Origin: Candidatus Eremiobacteria bacterium
GTDB taxonomy: Bacteria; Vulcanimicrobiota; Vulcanimicrobiia; Vulcanimicrobiales; Vulcanimicrobiaceae
NCBI GenBank assembly: GCA_963758295.1
Contig: CAVWUU010000001.1
Span: 192,001 to 256,000 of the forward strand
DNA: 64,000 bases
Reading direction: 5' to 3'
Shown here: piece after piece, positions 19,504 to 29,206 of the stretch
Layout: each line of letters begins with the position of its first letter
Numbering within the stretch: position 1 is the first letter of the stretch
The notes under the pieces: model-generated
Told to the model about the DNA's origin: nothing
What the model saw: the letters and a program-made list of their open reading frames with translations, nothing else
The model's database searches: none
Position numbers and translations under genes: made by a program

Positions 19504-20516
19504 GCCGGAACGCGCTCCGTTACGCCGAGGCCCGGCGCGTTGGGAAGCACCAGTTTGCCGTTATCATACGTGACGCCCGCGAAAGGATCGTCGTTGATCA
19601 GGAACGGTCCGTCTATATCCGCCCAATCGACAAGCGGCGAGATGTGCGCTGCGGCGGTTGCAGCGAGCGAACTCTCGACCATGCAGCCCAGCATCACTTT
19701 CATGCCGAGCGCGCGTGCCGTGTGAATCATCGCTAGCGCACCCCGGATGCCGCCGCATTTCGCGAGCTTTACGTTGATGCCGTCCACGCAGCCGTAGAGC
19801 CTCGGCAGGTCGTTTGCGTCGAGCGAATCTTCGTCCGTTACGATCGGAATCGGCGACCCTTCGCGGACGGCGCGCAAGCCGTCGGGCGAGCCGGCCGCAA
19901 TGGGTTGTTCGCAGAATTCGATTTCGAAGCGGCCGAGTTCGCGCAAGATCGCGACCGCGCTCTCGACGGTCCAGCCTTCATTCGCGTCGATTCGAATCGT
20001 GCCGGTGTAGCGTTCGCGAATCGAGGCGATCGTTTCGATTTGTTCTTCCGGCGTGCCAAGCCCCAACTTCACTTTTAGGACCGGATGATCGCCGATTTCG
20101 GCCAGCTTGCGTAACGTCGTTTCGGGATCGGCTATACCGACGGTAAAAGAAGTAACCGGCGTCTCGCGCGGATCGAGTCCGAGCAATGCGTACAGCGGCT
20201 TCCCGAGGTCTTTGCCGATGAGGTCGTGCAGCGCGAGGTCGAATCCGGCGCGCGCTGCGGGCGGGATCTCCGGATCAAGCAGTTCTTCGAGGAAGTACGG
20301 ATCGCCGGCCCGCGGGCGGTACCCCTTGAAAAAAGCCGCAATCGATTCGGCCGACTCGCTGTAGCGTTCGACCGGCGCCGCTTCACCGATGCCTTCGAGT
20401 TCACCGCTTCGCACGCGAACGAGCGCCGTTCGCGCGACGCGCTCTTCACCGCGCGCAATCTTGAACGGATGTTTGAGCGGAAGGTCCAGCGGCGAAACGG
20501 TAAGCGTCAAGCCCAT
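19500..20516 (-). CDS. dipeptide epimerase (enolase superfamily; L-Ala-D/L-Glu epimerase / DgcA-like)
   Basis: KVK, DANEGW, EQP, DED, NVKLAKCGG, GCMVES and DIDG motifs; start set at 20516. Confidence 0.88.
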   Translation of the reverse strand: MGLTLTVSPLDLPLKHPFKIARGEERVARTALVRVRSGELEGIGEAAPVERYSESAESIAAFFKGYRPRAGDPYFLEELLDPEIPPAARAGFDLALHDLIGKDLGKPLYALLGLDPRETPVTSFTVGIADPETTLRKLAEIGDHPVLKVKLGLGTPEEQIETIASIRERYTGTIRIDANEGWTVESAVAILRELGRFEIEFCEQPIAAGSPDGLRAVREGSPIPIVTDEDSLDANDLPRLYGCVDGINVKLAKCGGIRGALAMIHTARALGMKVMLGCMVESSLAATAAAHISPLVDWADIDGPFLINDDPFAGVTYDNGKLVLPNAPGLGVTERVPA

Positions 20517-20565
20517 CTTCGGCGGAGTTATCTTTTCCGCCACTGCTATCCTCGAAAGTGCGTGA

Positions 20566-22062
20566 ATGGACGTCGAGTACAACCGTTCCATTGTGTGGCT
20601 GCGCCGCGACCTGCGGCTGCGCGATAACGTCGCGCTTGCCGAGGCGGCCAAGCGTTCCCGCGAACTCTGCGTTGCGTTCACTTTGGATCCGGTGCTGTTG
20701 AAGAGCCAGCGAATCGGCGCGCCTATCGTTCAGGCATTTTTCGATGCGCTCGAGGAGCTGCGCCGTTCATTGCGCGAGCGCGGCAGCGATCTCGCTTTGC
20801 TACAGGGTGATTTCGGCGACCAACTTCTGGGACTCGCGCAGCGCACCGGTGCGCAAGCCGTTTTCTTCAACGAAGACTACGACCCGTCGGCCATCGCGCG
20901 CGACGCGAGAGTTTCGGCGGCGCTCCAAGGCGCAGGCATCGCCGTCCACGCGTCGCTCGATCATGTCTATTACGGCGAACACGAGTTGCGCAACGAACAA
21001 GGCGAACCGTACAAAATCTTTACCCCTTATCGGAACCGCTGGCGGCGAAAACAGGCAGAAGCACCGCGGCCGCCCGTTGATTCCGAGACCATGCTGGAAG
21101 AAAGACTGCTCTCAAGTGACGAGCTAGGCCGGACGCTCGATGTGCCGGCGCCCGGGGCATTCGATAGAGCGGCCTCCGACGAGTATCCGCCATGCCGCGA
21201 AAACCTCGGATTGGAATTGCTCGAAGATTTCCTTGCGCCGGGCGGCGCCGGCGAACGGTATGTCGAGCGGCGGGATGCACCGGCGCTGGACGGAACGTCG
21301 CACCTGTCAGTTCAGCTGCGTGCCGGCACGATCGGCATTCGAACGTGCTTCGCGCAGGCATTTGAGGCATCGCTGCGCCCCGGCGGCGCTCAAATCGAAA
21401 AGTGGATCGACGAGTTGATCTGGCGAGAATTCTATCAATCGGTACTCAAAGCGTTTCCATACGTCGACGGGGCGCCGTATGTCACCGCCGCCGCTAATAT
21501 TCCCTGGCGAAACGATCGCCCGGAATTCGCCCGCTGGTGCCGCGGAGAAACGGGCTACCCGATCGTGGATGCTGCCATGACGCAGCTCAATCGCACGGGA
21601 TGGATGCATAATCGACTACGCATGCTCGTTGCGTCGTTCCTCACGAAGCATTTGCTAATCGATTGGCGCTGGGGCGAACGGTACTTCGAACAGCATCTGG
21701 CCGACGCGGATCTCGCGCAAAATAACGGCGGCTGGCAATGGGCCGCGTCGACCGGTATGGATTCCGCGCCGTACTTTCGCGTGTTCAATCCGGTACTGCA
21801 AAGTAAGAAATTCGACCCGAACGGCAGCTTCATTCGTTCGATGATGCCGGCATTTGCAAAGGTCCCCGACCGCTACATCCATTCGCCCTGGCTACTGCCG
21901 CCATTGCTACAGGCGGAATACCGCTGCATCGTCGGTGACGACTATCCGGCTCCGATCGTCGAGCACGCTTACGCACGTGCTCGCGCCCTCGATGCCTATG
22001 GATCCGTGCTCGGAAAGAAGCCGCCGCTTTCAGTGGCCCATTCTCGTGGGCGCGCTAATTAG
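20566..22062 (+). CDS. phrB: deoxyribodipyrimidine photolyase
   Basis: WLRRDLRLRDN, TSHLS, WREFY, TGYPIVDA, GWMHNRLRM and NNGGWQW motifs. Confidence 0.92.
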   Translation: MDVEYNRSIVWLRRDLRLRDNVALAEAAKRSRELCVAFTLDPVLLKSQRIGAPIVQAFFDALEELRRSLRERGSDLALLQGDFGDQLLGLAQRTGAQAVFFNEDYDPSAIARDARVSAALQGAGIAVHASLDHVYYGEHELRNEQGEPYKIFTPYRNRWRRKQAEAPRPPVDSETMLEERLLSSDELGRTLDVPAPGAFDRAASDEYPPCRENLGLELLEDFLAPGGAGERYVERRDAPALDGTSHLSVQLRAGTIGIRTCFAQAFEASLRPGGAQIEKWIDELIWREFYQSVLKAFPYVDGAPYVTAAANIPWRNDRPEFARWCRGETGYPIVDAAMTQLNRTGWMHNRLRMLVASFLTKHLLIDWRWGERYFEQHLADADLAQNNGGWQWAASTGMDSAPYFRVFNPVLQSKKFDPNGSFIRSMMPAFAKVPDRYIHSPWLLPPLLQAEYRCIVGDDYPAPIVEHAYARARALDAYGSVLGKKPPLSVAHSRGRAN

Positions 22063-22164
22063 CGTCCCAGGGTCGGCTTTATTCTCTGGCGGCTTTCGAA
22101 ACGCAGAAATCGTTCAGCGCGATGAGGCAGTGCTTCGCCTCATGAAGGATCGTAAAAAACGCCT

Positions 22165-22647
22165 TTATCGGGCGGTCGGTGAAGCGACGCGATACGTCGT
22201 TCCGGAGTGATCGTAGCGTTGAGCTTCGCCGAGAAAGCGCGCGGCGTGCGCTTCACTTCCGCGGATAACGCGCCGCTCTTCGGCATTGTCGTATTCCGGA
22301 TCGAAGGTATTGCGCAAACGCTGTCCGGTATTGCCATTTTCAACCGCGTGATCGACTTCATGCCCAAGGCCGAGTGCCGGAGATTGCCGGCCGCCTCCGG
22401 TGGTGCGCAGAGCGCTGTAAGGATCCCATGCGATCGTGTTCGTGTTAGGATCGTAGTGATCGTCATTGCGATGGTTGATCGTCAACGCATAATGGCGATG
22501 CGAGCGTTCCAGCTTGTCGAACAACCGCCGCTCCTGTGCATCGCGGCTAAGATAGGCCTTCGCGGTTTCGTAGGCCGATTCGGCAGTTTTCGGCACGTCG
22601 AGCGTACACTTTAGACTTGATTCGCGCGTAATCGCTCTCGCAAACAT
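22165..22647 (-). CDS. small HExxH zinc metallopeptidase-like protein (M91/effector-like)
   Basis: SPALGLGHEVDH with downstream EE..VI..SE...A..LGE..R. Confidence 0.6.
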   Translation of the reverse strand: MFARAITRESSLKCTLDVPKTAESAYETAKAYLSRDAQERRLFDKLERSHRHYALTINHRNDDHYDPNTNTIAWDPYSALRTTGGGRQSPALGLGHEVDHAVENGNTGQRLRNTFDPEYDNAEERRVIRGSEAHAARFLGEAQRYDHSGTTYRVASPTAR

Positions 22648-22746
22648 AGCGAGCGTGCCATCACGCGAACAACACGCAACGTCAAGAGTAACAGAACGAA
22701 AAACGCGCGCCTGTCAAGACTTGACGCCGATGGTACGGTAATAACG

Positions 22747-22931
22747 CTCGACTGCGTTTAGCGCGCACCACGCATAGGTGCCGAACCGACTTGGTATACA
22801 TCGGGAGCATCAGCTCCGGATACGACGGCAGAGCTTGGGTTTCGTACCTGCCTTGCCTGCGCCCGGGCCGCACCCACCTGCGAGAACGCAGGTTCAGTTA
22901 CCTCGCGTGGCAGACGCTACGTGCGGTCGAG
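22747..22931 (+). ncRNA. ssrS: 6S RNA
   Basis: About 185-nt rod: 5' CTCGACTGCG pairs with 3' TGCGGTCGAG, TAGCG with CGCTA, CCACGC with GCGTGG; carries GGGAGC and GCACCCACCTGC-loop-GCAGGTTCA as in Firmicutes 6S RNA. Confidence 0.85.
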
Positions 22932-23627
22932 TTCGAATCTAGCAAGCGCGATGCGCCACAGGCGTGTCGCGCTTCGCACTTGTGCCGGTTCAGCGGCACC
23001 ATCAAGAATCAGTGGCCCACGAAAGCTCCCAAAGCGTTCGAGGAATGCCTCAGCCGTCGGTTCGTCTGCGGCGATCGGCGCGTACAGGGCGACGGCCTTG
23101 GGCTCAAGCGCTCCAATGTCTTCCGCCATGCCGTTCGGATCCAATGCATAGCGCAGCCATGCCGAGTCCGCTTCCTTGCTTACGCGCTTACAATCCAGCA
23201 CCGAACCGGCGAACGTCCCGGCCGCATTGCGAAGTCCGAGGGTTACGTTCGCCTTCTTGGCGATCCCGGTCGCATGGTTGAGCCGATCGAGCTGCCGGGT
23301 CCACGGAATCGCGGTCTCCGCCGCCGTTTTGGACAGCAGCAGCGGCGCCCCGAGCGCAACGGCTTGCGCCAGCCGGCGCTCGATAACGTCGTCCTCCGCA
23401 CTGAGAAATGCATCGTCGGCAAGTGCGGCAATAGCAATACCGCGATCCGCCGCCATCTTCTTTACTTGCGCGAGGTAGTCATCGTCGGTCCGCGGAAAAT
23501 GGCGCACGTCCAAGACGACGCTATCGCACGAGAACTCGTTCGCGCAGAAATCGAGAAATTCGAGTTGCGTAAGTTCGCCGGAATCAAGAGCCTGCGAACA
23601 GGTGCCGCTTGTGCACGCCAGCTTCAT
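22917..23627 (-). CDS. sugar-phosphate isomerase/epimerase-like TIM barrel protein
   Basis: N-terminus resembles the AP endonuclease 2 / xylose isomerase fold; metal ligands look degenerate. Confidence 0.55.
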   Translation of the reverse strand: MKLACTSGTCSQALDSGELTQLEFLDFCANEFSCDSVVLDVRHFPRTDDDYLAQVKKMAADRGIAIAALADDAFLSAEDDVIERRLAQAVALGAPLLLSKTAAETAIPWTRQLDRLNHATGIAKKANVTLGLRNAAGTFAGSVLDCKRVSKEADSAWLRYALDPNGMAEDIGALEPKAVALYAPIAADEPTAEAFLERFGSFRGPLILDGAAEPAQVRSATRLWRIALARFELDRT

Positions 23628-23668
23628 TCGGCGTGCGACCTTCGACCGCTACAGGGAGAGCCCTTCGC

Positions 23669-24181
23669 ATGAAGATCGCGCTCGGCGCAGATCACGCCGG
23701 CTTTGAGTACAAGAATCGCATCGCTCAAACATTGCGCGAGAGCGGCCATCACATCATCGATTATGGTACGTGCGACGCAACGCCGGTCGATTATCCCCAG
23801 TATGGCTATGCCGTCGGAGAGGCGGTTGCAAGCGGTCAGGCCGATCGCGGCATCGTGGTCTGCGGTTCGAGCATTGGGATTTCCATCGCGGCCAACAAAG
23901 TGCCGGGCGTGCGTTGCGCCATCGTGACGGAGCCGCTCAGCGCCGAACTTTCGCGCCGTCACAACGACGCCAACGTCATGGCCCTCTCGGAACGCCTCAC
24001 CGGCTGGGAGATGATCGAGCGCCTCGTGCAAGTATTTATGGAAACGCCGTTCGACGGCGGGCGCCACGCGCATCGGGTGGAGCAGCTCTTCGAGTTTGGC
24101 GACGAACAGCGTGAAAGAACGCTAAAGGCCATCGAAGCGCAAGCCGTAACCGGCGCGGAAACGCCGAAGAATCTGCTGTAA
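23669..24181 (+). CDS. rpiB: ribose 5-phosphate isomerase B
   Basis: [30 protein letters not shown] and FDGGRH motifs; start set at 23669. Confidence 0.93.
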   Translation: MKIALGADHAGFEYKNRIAQTLRESGHHIIDYGTCDATPVDYPQYGYAVGEAVASGQADRGIVVCGSSIGISIAANKVPGVRCAIVTEPLSAELSRRHNDANVMALSERLTGWEMIERLVQVFMETPFDGGRHAHRVEQLFEFGDEQRERTLKAIEAQAVTGAETPKNLL

Positions 24182-24204
24182 TCGATTTAGGGAATAGGAA
24201 AGCC

Positions 24205-25454
24205 ATGGACATTCTGACGCCGAGCACGATCGAAGCTCAAGATCCCGCCATTTACGCTGCCATCAAAGACGAAGAGCGCCGTCAGCAAGAGAATCTCGAG
24301 CTCATCGCGTCGGAGAACTATGCCAGCCGCGCGGTGCGCGAAGCGATGGCGAGCGTGCTTACGAACAAGTACGCCGAGGGGTATCCGGGGAAGCGCTATT
24401 ACGGCGGCTGCGAGTACGTCGACGTGGCGGAAAACATTGCCATCGATCGGTTGAAGAGACTCTTCGGCGCCGCAGCACGCGAACGTGCAGCCTCATGCGG
24501 GCGCCCAGGCTAATATGGCGGTCTTCATGGCGCAACTGCAGCCCGGCGACACGGTGCTTGGAATGTCGCTCGCGCACGGCGGTCACCTCACGCATGGAAC
24601 GAAAGTGAGCTTCAGCGGAAAACTGTACAACGCGATTGCCTATAGCGTTCGCAAGGACACCGAGTTGATCGATTTCGATGAAGTTCGCGCGCTTGCACGC
24701 GAGCACAAGCCGAAGATGATCATCGCCGGCGCAAGCGCGTATCCGCGCACGATGGAGTACGATCAGTTTCGCGAAATCGCCGACGAGATCGGCGCAACGC
24801 TGCTCGTGGATATGGCGCACGTCGCGGGGCTCGTCGCAGTTGGCTTGCATCCGTCGCCCGTGCCTCTTGCAGACTTTGTCACTTCGACGACGCACAAAAC
24901 GCTGCGCGGTCCGCGAGGCGGCATCATCCTGTGCAAAGAGCAATTCGCCCAGCCGATCGACAAGAGCGTCTTTCCGGGCATCCAGGGCGGTCCGCTGATG
25001 CACACGATTGCGGCGAAGGCGGTCGCTTTCGGCGAAGCGCTGCAACCGTCGTTCAGGACCTATCAACAGAACGTCATCGACAACGCAAAGGCGATGGCGG
25101 AGCAATTCGTAAGCGGCGGACTGCGTTTGGTGGCCGGCGGCACCGACACGCACCTGATGCTTGTCGACGTTTCAGTCAAGGGCCTCACCGGCAAAGCCGT
25201 CGAGAAATATCTGGATGAAATCGGCATCACGGTCAACAAGAACGCGATCCCGTTCGACCAGCAGAAGCCGATGGTGACGAGCGGCATTCGCATCGGCACG
25301 CCGGCAATCACGTCACGCGGTCTTGGTACGGACGAATGTCGCGAAGTCGCCCGCATCATCGTTGACGCGCTACCCGATATCGAAGCGCGCGCCAACGTGG
25401 AAAAACTGCGCTCGCGCGTCCACGAGCTTACTTCGCAGCTTCGACGTCCCCTAA
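24205..25454 (+). CDS. glyA: serine hydroxymethyltransferase (two +1 frameshifts in this sequence)
   Basis: [42 protein letters not shown] and SGIRIGTPA motifs; frame breaks near 24472 and 25438. Confidence 0.92.
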
Positions 25455-25467
25455 CGGCGTATATCGG

Positions 25468-26958
25468 TCATGCCTCTCGAAGCGACTCTTCCCGAATGCC
25501 CGTGAAGCTGACTACGGCGCCGAACACGCAGAGCCCGCAGCATATATAAGCGACGGCTTCAAAACCGGTGTCGAAGGCGTCGAAAGAGGCGCGTTGCAAA
25601 CGAGCGTCGGAAAAACGCGCGCCGCCTAAGCGATCGCTTTGAGCCGCCGCGGCCGAGCGTTGCCCCTTCGACGCGTGCATCGCGTCGAGACCATGGCTCA
25701 TTCGCATTTCGTACGTCACGAACAGCACCGCGGTAAATGCCGCGACGGCGATGAGTCCCGCAATGCGCGAAACGGCGCTGTTGATACCCGACGCGATGCC
25801 GACGCTGCGCGGATCTGCGGCATTGATAACCGCCGTCGTCAACGGCGCGACGGTGATGCCCATCCCAATGCCCACGCCCATGATCCCCGGGAAGAAACTC
25901 GTGAAATACGAGCCGTGACGATCGAAAAGTCCGAGCAGGGCAAAACCTGCGGCGACGATGCACGGACCTGCGGTGAGAACAAGCCGCGTCCCGTACCTTC
26001 TTGCAAGCCCAGTGCCCACACGCGCAAGCGCTATCAAGCCAAGGGCCATTGGCAGTGTGGCCAATGCCGTTTGTATAGCATTGTAGCCGTGGACCTGAAT
26101 GAGCGCGAACGGCAACTCGTAAAAAACGCCGGAAAGCGAAGCGTACACGGCGAGCGTCATAAGATTGAGCGCGCCGAATGTCCGCGACCCGAAGAGTCGC
26201 GGCGGAACGAGCGGAGCGCTTGAGCGCAGTTCGTGAATCACGAACCATGCGATTAGAACGACCCCCGCGATTGTCGTAACGGAAACCTGCGGTTCATACC
26301 AGCGGTGCTGGCCCGACGCAATTAACGCATAGGTAAGCGCACCCAGACCGAGCGTAACGATAGCCGCACCGGTGTAATCCAACGGCTTCGCTTCGTCGTC
26401 TTTGGTTTCATCGATGTGACGCGCGCAGACGTACATCACCACAACGGCAAGCGGAATGTTGATCCAAAAGACGGAGCGCCATCCGAGCGAATCAATAAGC
26501 AAACCGCCGATCATCGGTCCGATGGTCGACGTCAGCGCGCCGAATGCCGACCATGCCGCAATCGCTCGGCCGCGCGCTTCGCCGCTGAAATGCGAGCCGA
26601 GAATGGCCAAGCTCGCCGGCGCAACGAGCATGCCGCCAATGCCTTGAAGTACGCGAAAGGCAAGCATCGCCGGGAGCGACCACGCGAACGCGCACCCGAT
26701 GCTTCCGGCCGCGAAGGTGATCGTGCCGGCAGCAAACATCTTGCGCCGCCCATAGCGGTCGGCGAGACCGCCTCCGAGCAGCATCAACGCGCCCAGTACC
26801 AAGGTGTAAAGTTCGACGATCCAGGCAACCCCTGCGGCGCTCGCATGGAATTCGCGTTGGATGGAGGGCAATGCAAGATTGACCACCATACCGTCGATGA
26901 AGACCATGCTCGAAGCCACGATCGTCGCAAGGAGCACCCAAGCGCCACGTCCGCGCAT
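25468..26958 (-). CDS. MFS transporter, DHA2 (14-TM) family
   Basis: [22 protein letters not shown] and WRSVFWIN motifs; start set at 26958. Confidence 0.88.
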   Translation of the reverse strand: MRGRGAWVLLATIVASSMVFIDGMVVNLALPSIQREFHASAAGVAWIVELYTLVLGALMLLGGGLADRYGRRKMFAAGTITFAAGSIGCAFAWSLPAMLAFRVLQGIGGMLVAPASLAILGSHFSGEARGRAIAAWSAFGALTSTIGPMIGGLLIDSLGWRSVFWINIPLAVVVMYVCARHIDETKDDEAKPLDYTGAAIVTLGLGALTYALIASGQHRWYEPQVSVTTIAGVVLIAWFVIHELRSSAPLVPPRLFGSRTFGALNLMTLAVYASLSGVFYELPFALIQVHGYNAIQTALATLPMALGLIALARVGTGLARRYGTRLVLTAGPCIVAAGFALLGLFDRHGSYFTSFFPGIMGVGIGMGITVAPLTTAVINAADPRSVGIASGINSAVSRIAGLIAVAAFTAVLFVTYEMRMSHGLDAMHASKGQRSAAAAQSDRLGGARFSDARLQRASFDAFDTGFEAVAYICCGLCVFGAVVSFTGIREESLREA

Positions 26959-27027
26959 CACCACCTCGTTCTTGCCGAGCGTACGGCGCAGGTCGCCGGG
27001 GGACCCGCTCGAAAACCGAGTGACAAT

Positions 27028-27696
27028 ATGCCCGCACCTGGGAACCTGCACGTCGTCGACCATCCGGCCGTCGCGGATCGCCTTGCGCGTTTACGCGATC
27101 GCGAGACGCCCACGCCGGTTTTCCGTACGCTCATAGAGGAGCTGGGAGCATTTCTGGCTTACGAGGCGACTCGCTCACTTCCGTTGCGTGATGAATTGGT
27201 CACGACGCCCCTCATCGAAACCACGGCAAAACGCATCGCCACGCGGCCCGTGGCTGCGCCCGTGCTGCGCGCGGGACTCGGACTGCTTCCCGGCTTTCTC
27301 AGCGTGATCGACGACGCGGTCGTTGCGCACTTGGGATTCTATCGCGACCCCGAATCGTTACGTCCGATTCCGTACTATGCAAACGTTCCGCCGGAACTCG
27401 GCGACCGCCACGTCTTTGTGTTGGACCCGATGCTCGCCACCGGTTATTCGGGCGTCGCGGCTCTCGATGCGCTAGTAGAACGCGGCGCGCGCAAGTTGAC
27501 GTTCGTTTGCGTGATTGCGGCGCCTGAAGGCGTACAGACGCTCCATGCGGCGCATCCCGACGTTCGCATCATCACCGCATCGCTCGATGCGGGATTGAAC
27601 GGCCATGCTTACATTCTGCCGGGCCTCGGCGACGCCGGAGACCGGATGTTCGGCAGTCTCACGTCGGTGCCGGCCGCCGTTCGTTCGAAGGCCTAA
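27028..27696 (+). CDS. upp: uracil phosphoribosyltransferase
   Basis: VLRAGLG, LDPMLATG and YILPGLGDAGDR motifs; start set at 27028. Confidence 0.93.
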   Translation: MPAPGNLHVVDHPAVADRLARLRDRETPTPVFRTLIEELGAFLAYEATRSLPLRDELVTTPLIETTAKRIATRPVAAPVLRAGLGLLPGFLSVIDDAVVAHLGFYRDPESLRPIPYYANVPPELGDRHVFVLDPMLATGYSGVAALDALVERGARKLTFVCVIAAPEGVQTLHAAHPDVRIITASLDAGLNGHAYILPGLGDAGDRMFGSLTSVPAAVRSKA

Positions 27697-27698
27697 TC

Positions 27699-28136
27699 AT
27701 GCGCCCCGGTTGGGACGAATACTTCATGCAAATCGCGCATACGGTTGCGACGCGCGCCACGTGCCCGCGCGCCTCGGTTGGTGCCGTCTTGGTACGCCAA
27801 CACCGCATTTTGACGACCGGGTATAACGGCGCGCCGCGCGGCGTGGGTCATTGCACCGAAGTAGGGTGCACGATCGTCGACGGACATTGCGTGCGCGCGA
27901 CGCACGCGGAGGCCAACGCCATCGTCCAAGGCGCATTGCATGGCATCGAGCTTCAAGGCGCTACCGCATATTGCACGCATCAGCCGTGCGTCGGCTGCTC
28001 GAAGCTGCTCATCAGCGCGGGCGTCGTGAAAATCGTCTACGACCTTGCTTATCCCGATCCGATCGCAACCGAATTATTAGCCGAAGCCGGCGTCGCGCTC
28101 GTGCAGTTTGCGCACCTCGAAGGATCGCGTCTGTGA
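27699..28136 (+). CDS. dCMP deaminase family protein (ComEB-like)
   Basis: RPGWDEYF, TGYNG, HAEANA and PCVGC motifs. Confidence 0.9.
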   Translation: MRPGWDEYFMQIAHTVATRATCPRASVGAVLVRQHRILTTGYNGAPRGVGHCTEVGCTIVDGHCVRATHAEANAIVQGALHGIELQGATAYCTHQPCVGCSKLLISAGVVKIVYDLAYPDPIATELLAEAGVALVQFAHLEGSRL

Positions 28137-29206
28137 GCGCCGGCTTTCTGTACCTCGCGGCCTTTGCGCTTGCCGCGATCGTAACCGCGCTCGGGACGCC
28201 GCTTGTCATCCGGCTCGCGACGCATTTGGAAATTATCGACGCCACGCACGAAGAGCGTCGCGTGCACGAAATTCCAACGCCGCGCATCGGCGGACTCGCA
28301 GTATTCTTCGGTTTCGCATTTGCGCTCTTCGCCGTGCTCGGCTTTGCGCTGTCGTCGCCGTACTCGCTCTTTCCGTCGGTAGCGCACCTGGGCATCCATC
28401 AAAAGATCGAAGCGATGAGCGATCAGTTCGACGCAATCCATCAGCTCGTCGGCTTACTCTTCGGCAGCATGTTGATTCTCGGTGTCGGCGCATGGGACGA
28501 TATCATGCAGCTGCGCCCGCGAAACAAGATGCTCGCGCAGATCATCGTCGCGTTGATCTCGATGCTCTACGGGTTCATAATTCCCGGCGTTACCAATCCG
28601 TTCGACCACAATCCGGCGACGAACTGGATCGACTTTCCGTACTGGGTCTCGGTGCCTCTAACGTTGCTCTGGTACGTCGGCATGATGAACGCGATCAATT
28701 TCATCGACGGTCTCGACGGGCTTCTTGCCGGCTTTGCGGCGATCTCGAGCATCTTTCTCTTCGCTATCTCGATCGTTCACCTGAGCCCGGTCGTGGCTCT
28801 CGTCGTGGTAGCGCTTGCGGGCGCCGCGCTCGGATTTCTTCCTTATAACTTCAATCCGGCGAAAATCTTTCTCGGCGACGCAGGCTCCCTGTTTATCGGC
28901 TACGTCTTCGCAACCGTTTCAATCATCGGCGCGAGCAAAACCGCGATTGCAATCAGCATCGTCGTTCCGGTCGTTGTGTTGGCATTGCCGATCTTGGACA
29001 CGGCGGCGGCCATCGTGCGGCGCGCAAGCGCCGGAAAGAAAATTACGGAAGCCGATCGCGGTCACTTCCATCATCAACTGATCTTCCGCTTCGGACTGAA
29101 CGTGCGTCAGGCGGTGCTTTTGATCTATGCCGTGTGTTTTCTCCTGGGCATTGTTGCCCTTGCTCTCTCGGGCGGCTTCACGCACGTTTTTAAGCACACG
29201 CTATGA
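28133..29206 (+). CDS. undecaprenyl-phosphate GlcNAc-1-phosphate transferase (WecA/TagO family)
   Basis: TPRIGG, DD, NAINFIDGLDGL, NFNPAKIFLGDAGS and DRGHFHH motifs; GTG start at 28133. Confidence 0.9.
   Translation: MSAGFLYLAAFALAAIVTALGTPLVIRLATHLEIIDATHEERRVHEIPTPRIGGLAVFFGFAFALFAVLGFALSSPYSLFPSVAHLGIHQKIEAMSDQFDAIHQLVGLLFGSMLILGVGAWDDIMQLRPRNKMLAQIIVALISMLYGFIIPGVTNPFDHNPATNWIDFPYWVSVPLTLLWYVGMMNAINFIDGLDGLLAGFAAISSIFLFAISIVHLSPVVALVVVALAGAALGFLPYNFNPAKIFLGDAGSLFIGYVFATVSIIGASKTAIAISIVVPVVVLALPILDTAAAIVRRASAGKKITEADRGHFHHQLIFRFGLNVRQAVLLIYAVCFLLGIVALALSGGFTHVFKHTL

Noticed and set aside
22791..23672. 293-aa plus-strand ORF
   Set aside because: Overlaps the 6S RNA and lies antisense to the TIM-barrel gene; no recognisable motifs
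24205..24513. Separate 102-aa gene or programmed frameshift in glyA
   Set aside because: It is the GlyA N-terminus; there is no slippery sequence and a single-base indel explains it
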